Of a DNA stretch of 64,000 nt, positions 39,612 through 50,477 are shown piece after piece. Made by a program: the position numbers and the translations under genes. The notes under the pieces are model-generated. The model was not told where the DNA came from, did not search any database, and saw only the letters and a list, made by a program, of their open reading frames with translations. Within the stretch, counting starts at the first letter, position 1. Each line of letters begins with the position of its first letter. Origin of the DNA: Camelus dromedarius (lineage: Eukaryota); NCBI RefSeq assembly GCF_036321535.1, contig NC_087436.1, forward strand, positions 33,110,001 to 33,174,000, written 5' to 3'.

Positions 39612-39858
39612 GTGTAGAAGGTAATACTCACAGACATAAAGAACAAACTTATGATTACCAGGGGCTGAAGGGAGTGGGAAGGGATAAATTGGGAATTTAA
39701 AATTTGTACCTCATAGAGACTGATGGAAATGTTAGCTGTCTTGATTGTGGTGGTGGTTTCATTGGTGTATACATCTATCAAAATTCATCAAATTGTACAT
39801 CTGAAATATATGTAGTTTACTGTATAGGAACCATACCACAATAGAGGTTCTTAAAAAA
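39612..39858 (+). mobile_element. Two joined L1 3' UTR fragments
   Basis: actcacagacataaagaacaaacttatgattacc, followed by cttgattgtggtggtggtttc...catcaaattgtaca. Confidence 0.75.
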
Positions 39859-40457
39859 GAAGATGATACTGCATTTTTAGAATAGAACAACTAGCTTTAC
39901 TTTAAATTTGTCATATTCAGAGGGTAATTAGTTCTGCTTCTGTTGATTGTCAGTTTCAAACTATCATATTGTCCTTATTTTCAGTGATATTTTCTACTTC
40001 TCAATCTTGCATTTTTCTTCTTTGCAATTGCAAATGGCAATCCTTTTATTTTCTCTTTGCTTTTCACAGTATCAAATTCTTCCTGCTTCATATTCAGCAA
40101 ACCCAAATGACTGTTCCATTACTTGCTCTATACTTACTCTCATTTACATAAACTCATGCTACCTTACTTTGATAATTCATTTCCTTAGCAGGTACATGTT
40201 TAGCTAGATTTTATGTTGGTTGTGGTCAGAAACTGGATCTCAACTACTCTTAGTAACTTTTGCCTGTGATTAATAAAGTACCCAACGGTGGTACCATGAA
40301 AATGAATATGACTCTATGTATAAAACAATTCTTAGGGACTATGATATTTATTTATATGTTAAGAAAGGCAATCACAATAGGACACATGTTAGCCTGAATA
40401 ATGTTTTACTAGCCATGTCAGTGAATAATATGACAAATATCTTAGATGCAACCTCAC

Positions 40458-40669
40458 CTTGAGAGACCTGGTTTTAACTCTGCTGACCTTTCCAGCAATC
40501 TGCTGTGTTCACTCACATCTATGCTTTGTAGGCTGGAAGCAGAAGGAAAGATGCTAGGATGATTCAGTCCTAAACTCACTCCAAAATCTTCCAGAATCTT
40601 ATGACTGTACATGTCAGTATTCCTTTGTGAAATACACAGGGAACTTGTTGAGTGTATCCTCAAAGATTG
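40458..40669 (-). pseudogene. Fossil exon (linker), still open
   Basis: Acceptor tccatttccag|, donor AAG|GTGAGG. 212 nt reading QSLRIHSTSS...SAELKPGLS without a stop (ORF track 40454..40702). Confidence 0.6.
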
Positions 40670-40709
40670 CTGGAAATGGATTTTAGACATGAAGTCAGAC
40701 ATGACTTTA

Positions 40710-41419
40710 TTTTTTTTATTTATTTTTTATTGAGTTATGGTCAGTTTATAATGTTGTGTCAATTTCCAGTGTAGAGCACTATTTTTCAGTTATACATGAA
40801 CAGACATATATTCATTGTTGCACTCTTTTTTGTGGTGAGCTACCACCAGATCTTGTATATATTTCCCTGTGCTATACAGTGTAATCTTGTTTATCTATTC
40901 TACATATGCCTGTCAGTATCTACGAATTTAGAACTCCCAGTCTGTCCCATTCCACCCTCCTCTGACCTGGCAACCACAAGTTTGTATTCTGTGTCTGTGA
41001 GTCTGTTTCTGTTTTGTATTTATGTTCTTTTTTTTTGATTCCACATATGAGTGATCTCATGGTATTTTTCTTTCTCTTTCTGGCTTACTTCCCTTAGAAT
41101 GACATTCTCCAGGGACATCCATGTTGCTGCAAATGGCGTTATGTTGTCATTTTTATGGCTGAATAGTATTCCACTGTATAAATATACCACATCTTCTTTA
41201 TCCAGTCATTTGTTGATGGACATTTAGGCTGTTTCCATGTTTTGGCTATTGTAAATAGTGCTGCTATGAACATTGGGGTGCAGGTGTCTTTTTGAAGTAG
41301 GGTTCCTTCTGGTTATATGCTCAGGAGTGGGATTTCTGGGTCATATGGTAAATCTATTCCTAGTCTTTTGAGGAATCTTCATACTGTTTTCCACAGTGGC
41401 TGCACCAAGCTGCATTTCC
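40710..41419 (-). mobile_element. 5'-truncated young L1 with TSD
   Basis: T-rich tail at left, L1 3' UTR/ORF2 end, TSD CAGACATGACTTTA at 40696-40709 and 41420-41433. Confidence 0.95.
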
Positions 41420-42342
41420 CAGACATGACTTTAAAATCATAGCAAAATATGTCATTCTGCTGGCTTTGTGATTATTTATCCTTATGACTCCTCTGTGTAC
41501 TCAATTAAAAGCATTCAAATTGTGTAAAAGAGTGTGACTTTCTGTTGCAGTAAAATATAGATCAACAGAGACAAAAAGAGTAGTTTCAAGCTGAAAGGAT
41601 CTTCATAATAAGAAAAAAATATAACACACTTTGTTATCTTAATGACAAATACTATAATGAATTAAACTTATATACCTGGGTCTACAACCCTTTTTTTATA
41701 TTCAGTATCTCTCATTTCCCATGATAAATAATGACTATACCTATTCAAAACCAGTCCCAGGTCAGTCTTTTTCATAAAACAGTAAATTCCCTAAGGATGC
41801 CATCTTATCACAGTGCCTTCCTCTCCACATTGCTTGGGTTTCATATTGCTAGTGTCAGTGCAGGAAGGGCTATAGATTCATTTAGATTTCATGATGTGAA
41901 AACGTGTAGGCTCTTCCTAGCTTCAGGGTTATTCCCTTTCTTCTGATCCAAGGATACAATGTATGTAATCCATTTATGAAATCATACAATAAGTTTTGTA
42001 TTGAATATAATTAATTTCAGTTTTAAAGTAATATAATTCAAATATCAACTGATTTCTTACTCTCTTCCTTAATTTCCTCCCCCACCAACCAACATACATG
42101 CATACATTACTTTCAAAATCCCTATAAAGTAGAAAAGCTGGACCCGGGAGAAATTAATTAATTCCCCCTAAATAAGATGTAGAACATGAAAATCAGGAAT
42201 TTGGTTTTCTACTAGGACTATTTCTATAATATGATAGCACTTGTGAGATAATATTTTATCAGCTGGTGGTGTTTAACTGAGTCTCCCAAAGAGGGTATTA
42301 GACTCTGGAGAAATTATTATGGTCTTTACTGCCCAAACTTAC

Positions 42343-42571
42343 CCATTTAAAAATATATATATAGCAGTGGTTAAGTTAGCCTTGTGAGGTAGAAGTTATA
42401 GTACCCACTAAACAAAGCTTGAAACTAATTCCTGCAGTACTTTGTTCTAAATTATATAAAGTAACACTAGTTCAGTAAGTTATTAATAGATGTTAAACAG
42501 AGGAAAATTGCATAGCCAAACGTTGTATTCTTTCTATTTTACACAACTCCTTAGATTTTATAACACATGAT
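42343..42571 (-). pseudogene. Fossil exon: RGS22/RGSL1-like N-terminal region
   Basis: Acceptor ttgttgctttaatag|, donor TGG|GTAAGT. Translates KEYNVWLCNFPLFN (compare the recalled FN.FL.LP.F motif) and, in a shifted frame, RN*FQALFSGYYNFYLTRL (compare the recalled R+P.F+.S..Y.+Y.L.+L motif). Confidence 0.55.
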
Positions 42572-44390
42572 CTATTAAAGCAACAAAAACTTTTTTTTCT
42601 GGGGGAGGCATTAAAAAGCAACACTGCCACAGAGAATGGACCTATCAATTTGAAGATACTGCCCAATTGTAGATGGGTTACACATTGTAAGTTTAGGAAA
42701 TTCTGCATTATATAATTATTTCTTGAAAATTCATATTGGACATTTGTAGATTAAAAGGGCTATCTATAGAATAGTTTGGGAATTGCACTGCTAGAAAATA
42801 AAGCACAGACTTTTTTGAAAGGAATACTTTCTAATATGTTCTTATACTTCTCTTGTAATCTTCTACATTTCTACCACACAGTCTCTCATCTTTAGTCACA
42901 ACAAAATACACAGGTTTGCTGAACAAGCCATGTTTGTCCCCTACCTTGGTACCTGTATATATTGCTTCCTCTATTTGTAATGAAATTTTATCCAGTTCTT
43001 TTTGGTGAATTCCTAGTCTTTCCTTAATATCAATTCATTTATATGATTATCCAAATCCACATAACTTTTCTCTTAACTCTTTCTATGCGGATAATAGCAT
43101 AGATTCTAAACCTTACAGTTTTATGTCTTCCCGTTTCTGTATTCAAGTCTGGTTGGCTTTTCCTCTTTAACATTTTTATAAAAGCAAAGGTAACCATCTT
43201 ACTCTCTTAAGTAAGACCAGAATTATTACTTTTAATAAAAACAACTCGTAGAAAAGAAATATTCTTAGTGTTTAACATAGGCAAGGTCTATGGTGCTGCT
43301 TGGTGATGCTGAGTCAAGCATCAGCTGTTAGAATATAGCCAAGAAAAGAAAATTGATTCCACTTGGGAGTTAGTAAATACATTTAGCTCCTCATCTCAGT
43401 TTTCATGTATAGGACAGTGTTATGCTCCCTCCTCTCCAAATTGTTGGCTGCCACTGAAAATGAATATTGTTTATTTTGAGTGTGTTCTAAAATTTATCCT
43501 ATCAGTTTGCTATTAAGGGAAGAAAGAGTGGTGTAAGTCGGCCATTTGCTTAATGATATGATAATACAGAGATGAATGAATAAGTCACTTCCCTTTAACT
43601 TTATAATTGACCAGTAATTTTATTACTGGCCTCACATTTATTCCTTCAAATTCAGTTTCATGCCTCTTTGTGTATCTTTGTTAGCTTTAATAAAATTAAT
43701 TTAAAAAAATTCTGATCACTGCTGCCAAGTTGGACAACAACAGGGGACACAATTAATGTGGCATACACTCTATGTCATAGAACCTACTAGAATGGCAGCC
43801 TCTATAGCATAATTCCCTTTACATAGAATACAACTTGACATCTCTTGGACCTGGGCAAGTGGACACTGATATCAAGTGTCACTGTGCAAAAAATAATAGC
43901 ATACTGATCTATTACTAATTTCCCTCTCTCTCCATTTGACAATGGAATATAAAGAAAATATCTCTTATTTCTAGCTTGGTTTAGTAATTAAAATGTATTT
44001 CCTGTATTTAGGGCATTATCCAGTAATTGCATGTCATAATATTGTAAAGAATAAACATGAATTGAAAATGTTAGGGATTCACTTATTTTTTAAAAATCAT
44101 GGCTAAAAATCATGGGCATGCAAAATAAATCATGGTCTACCTTTATCCTTCATTAAAAACTAGATATGTTCAAAGATTATACAGATTTTAGTAACTACAG
44201 TAAGTTAAAATCATTGTGGAGAAACTATTAAGTTTTTTAAGTGAATTTTATTTTGGAAGAAAGCCAAAGAGCTTTATGTCAAAACTTTTGTCATACTTTA
44301 GATTTTTAAATAATGTAGGATATTAATTAAAAGATAAAAAGTTACACACAGTTTACTCAGAATGGTAAATGTTGGTTAGATTCCACATAC

Positions 44391-44472
44391 TTAGTTTTGC
44401 AGAAGAATATGTTTATAATCTGAAATCTCCACTCCTGACTAAAGAGTATCAGAGACATTCCTTGAAATTCAT
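44391..44472 (-). pseudogene. Possible first coding exon of the fossil gene
   Basis: ATG at 44472 reads MNFKECL*YSLVRSGDFRL*TYSSAKL and ends at A|GTATGT. Phase 1 fits the next exon. No motif support. Confidence 0.2.
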
Positions 44473-44689
44473 ATTGGCAGGATTGTTAAGGTTACTATTA
44501 TTTTTCCCATGAACCTATGAAACAATTGTGATATCATGTCAGGAGATACTCTTTTGTGTATATAAATTGCAACTCTGGCTGAGGATAAAAGATTCTAAAT
44601 GTCCCTTATTCTCAAGAAACTCCCAAGTATTTGAGGCCAGGTATTTCCCTAGAAAATACTAGTGTAGACTCAGTTCTATCACCATTCCT

Positions 44690-45530
44690 CTACCAATGTC
44701 AGCTCCAGAATTTGCTTGGTTCCTTTCTGCAATTTCTGCCTCGCTGTTGATATTCTTTATATGGACATACATTACTCTTATGCATGCCTTTATCTCTTTG
44801 TGTATGGTTTTCTTTAGCTCCTTGAACATACATAGAACAGTTTATTTAAAGTTTTTATTTAGTAAGTCTAATATCTGGGCTTCCTCAAGGATAATTTTAT
44901 ATTTGATCTGTGAATGAGCCACACTAAGTTGTACACTTCATAATTCTTTGTTGAAAACTGGACATTTAAAAAATTGCAATGTGGTAACTCTGGAAATCAA
45001 ATACTTCCCTTTCTTCAGAGTGTGTTTTGACTTTTCTAGACTATTTTTGTAAAGTCTTTTATTCTTTGTTCTGTGTGGTCTTTGAGAAAGAGAGCAAGAA
45101 AGCAAGAGGGAGAGAGAGAGAAAGAAAGAGTGAGTAGACAGAGACAGAGAGAGAGTGAAACAGAGAGAAAAGAAAAGAGAAAGAGAAATAACAGATGAAT
45201 TTGTCCAAGTCTTTGCAGATTTTCTTTGTGCAGGACATTCCTTCAATGAATTACCAGTTTGTTTGTTTGTTTGTTTGTTTAATGCTCATGCATAGCCTTC
45301 ACTTCCTACTTCAACTGAGTCTAAAAATCAGTCAGAGCTGAGAGCTTAGGATCTTCTCAGGTCATTTCTGACGTGTGTCATAGTTCACATGGGCTGCTCT
45401 AACACAAACACTACACACTGGGAGGCTTAAACAACAGACATTCTCACAGTTCTATAGCTAGGAAGTCTAAGATTAAAGCACTAGCAATTTCAGTGTTTAG
45501 TTAGGGTCCAAGTGCTGATCTTATAGAGCC
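44690..45530 (-). mobile_element. Old L1 ORF1/5' fragment with a GA-rich tract (about 45085-45190) and an MLT1 fragment (about 45376-45530)
   Basis: ttctttgttgaaaactggacattt; ggaggcttaaacaacagacattctcacagttct. Confidence 0.7.
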
Positions 45531-48500
45531 TCCTGGAGAGGCTGGGGGTGACTGGGATGGAGATGCTGATGACAGCCATTTTGGGAGCTTATTCTACTGT
45601 GATAACACTGGTAAAGCACATTAACATTTGCATTATAGGGGTCTCAGAAGGAGAAGAGAGAGAGAAGTGGGTAGAGAATTTATTTGAAGACATAATGGCT
45701 GAAAACTCCCCTAGCCTGGGAAAGGAAACAGCATCTAGGTCCAGAAAGAACAGAGAATCCCAAACAAGATGAACCCAAAGAGATCTATGTCAAGAAATAT
45801 TGTAATTAAAATAGCAGCATTTGAATATAGAATTTTAAAAGAAGCAAGAGAAAAGTAACTACTTACATACATAGAACTCCCATTAGACTAACAGCTCATG
45901 TTTCAGCAGTAACTTTGCAGGCTGGTAGGGAGTGGCATGATAAATTCAAGATGATGAAAGGAAAAAACTTACAACTAAGAATACTCTGCCCAGAAAGAGT
46001 ATTGTTCAGATTTCAAGGACAGATAGAGAGTTGTACAGACAAAAGCTAAAAGAGTTCGGCACCAGAAACTGGGTTTACCAGAAATTTCAAAGGGATTCAC
46101 TAAGTGGAAAAGTAAAGATCACAGTAGAAATATGAAAATTATGAAAGGAAAAATCTCAGTGGTACAGGCAAACAAATGGTAAAGGTGGTAGATCAGCCAC
46201 TTATAAAGCTAGTAGGAAGGTTAAAAGACAAAAGTAGTAAAAGATCTATATCTACAATAAGTAGTTAAGATATACAGAAGGTAAAATATGATGTCAAAAC
46301 ATTCAATATCGGGTGGGAAGTAAATATGCAAGGTTGTTAAAATGCATTCAAAATTAAGACATTTCATATATATATTTACACACACACAGACACACACGCA
46401 ACCCTCTGATAACTTCAGACCAAAAACCTATAATAGATTTTGAAAAAAGAAAGAAATGCAAACATAACACAAAAGAAATTCATCAAATCACAAGGAGAGA
46501 ACGAAGAAGAAATAAACAAAAAATAACTACAAAAACAACCAGAAAACAATGAACAAAATGGGAAAAAGTACATACCTATTAATAATTACTTTATACGTAA
46601 GTGAACTAAATATAACAATCAAATGACATAGAGTGGGTTAAAGGGTTAAAAAACAATACCCATATATATATGCTGCCTCAGACTAGACACACACATAAGA
46701 TCTAAAGACACAAGCAGACTGAAAGTAGGGGGGATAAAAAAAGATATTTCATGCAAATGGAAACAAAAAGAAAGCTAGTGGGCTAGTGGTAGCAATACTA
46801 AATATCATGAAAAAATAGACTTTAAAACAAAGACTAGAACAAGAGACAAAGAACAATAGTTCAGAATGTTAAAGGGACCAGTCCAACCAGAAGATGGAAT
46901 AATTGTAAATATATATGCACCCAACATAAGTGCATCCAAACACATTAAGAAAATATTAATGAACATAAAGGGAGAAATTGGAAGTAACAAAATTATCAGG
47001 GACATTAACCACGTACTTCAATGGAGAGGTCATCCAGACAGGAAATAAATTAAGACAACTTGCCTTCTACAACATATTAAACCATTGGAATATGAATATA
47101 TATATATATAACATGAATATATATATAATGGTTAATATATTAAACCATTGGAATATGAATATATATATATATAACATGAATATATATATAATGGTTAATA
47201 TATTAAACCATTGGAATATGAATATATATATATATAACATGAATATGAATATATATTCATATTCATGTTATATATATATATATTTCATCCAAAAGCAGCA
47301 ATGTGCACATTCTTGTAAAGTGAACATGGAACATTTTCCAGGACAGATCAAATACAAAGTAAGTCTCAATAAATTTAAGATTGAAATAATATCAAGCATG
47401 TTTTTCAACCACAATATTATGAGACTACACAACCTAGAAGAAATGGATAAATTCTTAGAAACATATAGTCTCCCAAGACTGAATAAGGAAGATAAAGAAA
47501 GTATGAGCATACCCATTACTAGTAACAAAATTGAATTAATAAAAAAAGTGAAAATCCAGGACCAGACAGCTTCACAAGTAAGTTCTATGAGACATTTACA
47601 GAAGAGTTCACATCTGTCCTTCTCAAACTATTTGAAAAAATTGAGGAGGGTGGGACACTTCCAAACTTATTCTAGGAGGCTAACATTACCCTGATACCAA
47701 AACCAAAGACATCACAAAAAAGAAAAATCACAGGTTTCTATCACTGACGAACATAGATGCAAAAATCCTCAATAACATATTAGCATACCTAATTCAAAAA
47801 TACAGTAAAATGACCATACACAATAAGTGGGATTAATCCTAGGTATACATGGATGGTTCAGTATTCACAAATCAATCAACATGATATACCACATTAACAA
47901 ATTGAAGAATAAAAATCATATGGTCATCACAGTAGATGCATAAAAGCTTTTTACAGAATTCAATATCCATTTATGATGAAAATTCTCAACCAAGTGGATA
48001 TTGAGGGAACATAGCTCAATGTAGTAAAAGTCATATATGACATACTCACAGCCAACATCACAACTCAACAATGAAAAGCTGAAAGTGTTTCCTTTAAGAT
48101 CAGGAACAAGACAAGGATGTCCAGTCTCACCAGTTGTATCAGTGCAGTATTGGAAGTCCTATCCACAGCAATCAAACAAGAAAAAGAAATTTTAAAAAAT
48201 CCAAATTGGAAAGGAAGCAGTAGAACTGTCATTTTTTGCAGATGGCATGATACTATATGTAGAAAATCCTAAAGATGCCACCCAAAAACTATTAGAACTA
48301 GTAAATGAATTCAGTAAAAGTTGCAGGATACAAAGTTAATGTATAGAAATCTGTTATTTTCTATACACTAACAATAAACTAATAAAGAGAAATTAAGAAA
48401 ATAGTCCCATTTAAATAACATTAAAAGAATAAAATACCTAGTAATAAAATCTAACTGAGGGGATGGAAGACTTGCATTCTGACAATTGTAAGACTGATGA

Positions 48501-50272
48501 GAGAAATTGAAGATGACACAAACAAATAAAAAGATATACTATGCTCATGAATTAGAAGAATTAACATTTTTTAAATGATCATACTACCCAAGGCAATCTA
48601 TGGATTCAGTGCAATCACTATCAAAATACCAAAGACATCTTTTACAGAACTGGAACAAAAATTCTAAAATTTGTATAGAAACACAAAAGATCCCCAATAG
48701 CCAAAGCAGTCTTGAGAAATAGCAAAGCTGGAGGTAGTACTCTCCCTGACTTCAGACTATTGTACAAAGCTGCAGTGATCAAAAGAGTATGGTTCTGGCA
48801 CAAAAACAGATACATAGATCACTGAATCAAGAGAGCCCAGAAATAAACCCATCCTTATGTGGCTGATTAATCTACAATAAAGGAAACAAGAATATATAAT
48901 GGAGGGGAAAAAAGCCTCTTCAATAAATGGTTGTTGGCAAAATTGGACAGACACATGCAAGAGAATCATACTGGCATACTTTCTCACACCGTATCTAAAA
49001 TAATTTCAAAATGGATTAAAGACTTAAATGTAACACCTGAAATAATAAAACTAGAATAAACCATAAATAGTAAACTCATTACACTAGTCTTAGGTATTTT
49101 TTTTTTCAGCCTATCTCAGGTAAGGGAAACAAAAACAAACGAATGGGACTACATCAAATTAAAAAGCTCTTGCACATTAAAGGAAACTATCAACATAATG
49201 AAAAGGCATTGTATTGGATACAGGAAGATTTTGTAAACAGCATATCCAGCAAGGCATTAATCTCTAAAATATACAAAGAATCATTCAAGTCAACATCAAA
49301 ATCACAAACAAGCCAATTGACTTGTTCAGAGGAGCTGAATAGACATTTTTCTGAAGAACACATACCTGTCACAGGAAAAGATACTTAACATCACTAATCA
49401 ACAGGGAAATGCAAATCAAAACCACAATGAAATACTACCTCACACTTGTCAGAATGGCTGTCATCAAAAAGACAAGATGCAGCAAGTGTCAGGAAGGATG
49501 AGGAGAAAAGGGAACGCTTGTGTACTGTTGGTGGGATTGTACGTTGTTACAGTCACTGTGGAAAACAGTATGACTTCTTAAAAAAATTAAAAATAGAACT
49601 TTGGTATGTTCTAGCAATTTCACTTCTGTGTATTTACCCAACAAAAACAAAGACACTATTTAAAAAGGAGTATGTACAGCAGTGTTCACTGAAGCATTAT
49701 TTACAGTATCCAAGATGCGGAAACAACTTAGTTCTCCACTGATAGATGAATAGATAAAGAATATATATGTGTGTGTATACATATATGAAATGGGATATTA
49801 TTTAGCCATAAAAAATAAATAATGGAATCTTGCCATTTGTAACAACATGGATAGATCTAAAGGGAATTATGCTAAGTGGGATACGTCATAAAGGGAAAAA
49901 CAAATACCATATGATACCATTTACATGTGGAATTTGAAAAAGAAAAGAAAGAAAGAAACAAAACAAAATGAAAACAGGCTCATGGATACAGAGAATAAAT
50001 GGGTGGTTGCCAGGGGGGAGGGGATCGGAGATGAAATAAATGAAGGGGTTTAAGAGGTACAAACCCCCAGTAATAAAATAAATAAGCCATTGGGATATGT
50101 TATACACATACAGATCATGGCCAATAATATTGTAATAACTTTATATAGGGACAGGTGGTTACTAAACTTATCCTAGTAATCATTTCATAATATATGCAAA
50201 TATCTAATCACTATGTAGCACACCTGAAACAAACATAACATTGTATGTCACTTATGTTTCAATTTAAAAAAT
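45531..50272 (+). mobile_element. Long degenerate L1 (L1MA-like): 5' UTR piece, ORF1, internally deleted ORF2, 3' UTR
   Basis: NICIIGVSEGEEREK (ORF1), IVNIYAPN (endonuclease), NLEEMDKFLETYSLPRLN (ORF2) and an A-rich end. Confidence 0.95.
47074..47284. repeat. 63-bp AT-rich minisatellite (about 2.7 units) ending in a perfect 64-bp palindrome (47221-47284)
   Basis: ACCATTGG recurs at 47081, 47144 and 47207. 47221-47252 is the exact reverse complement of 47253-47284. Confidence 0.95.
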
Positions 50273-50477
50273 GATTTAAAAAACTTGCATGATAGACTAG
50301 TGGATTTTCAGAGTGTGAAAAAGTTCATCGATCTTGTCTTAGAGTCAAATTTTGTTTTTGTTTTTGTTTTTGTTTTTGACTTAAACAACAAACTTATTTT
50401 CTAACAATTCTGGAGGCTAGAAGTTGAAAATCAAGGTGTGGACAGGTTTGGTAAAGTCCAGTTATTTTAAGCAGCTA

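Larger units (their letters stand above)
11338..42571 (-). pseudogene. Unprocessed, probably unitary pseudogene of a large multi-RGS-domain protein of the RGS22/RGSL1 type; about 20 fossil exons
   Basis: Series of minus-strand polypyrimidine-AG acceptors and GT donors in the non-repeat sequence, with mostly compatible phases. Manual translation across stops and frameshifts gives repeated RGS-like segments (see the individual exons). Family call is by remembered motif similarity only. Confidence 0.72.

Noticed and set aside
11338..42571. Calling the locus RGS22 or RGSL1 itself
   Set aside because: Similarity is only at motif level, the reconstructed size is about twice what I recall for either gene, and decay is extreme. 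No symbol assigned.
46978..47694. 238-aa ORF with a 21-aa repeat (longest ORF in the track)
   Set aside because: It lies in a degenerate L1 ORF2. The repeat is a translated AT-rich minisatellite, not a protein repeat. It is not a CRISPR array either, as there are no unique spacers.
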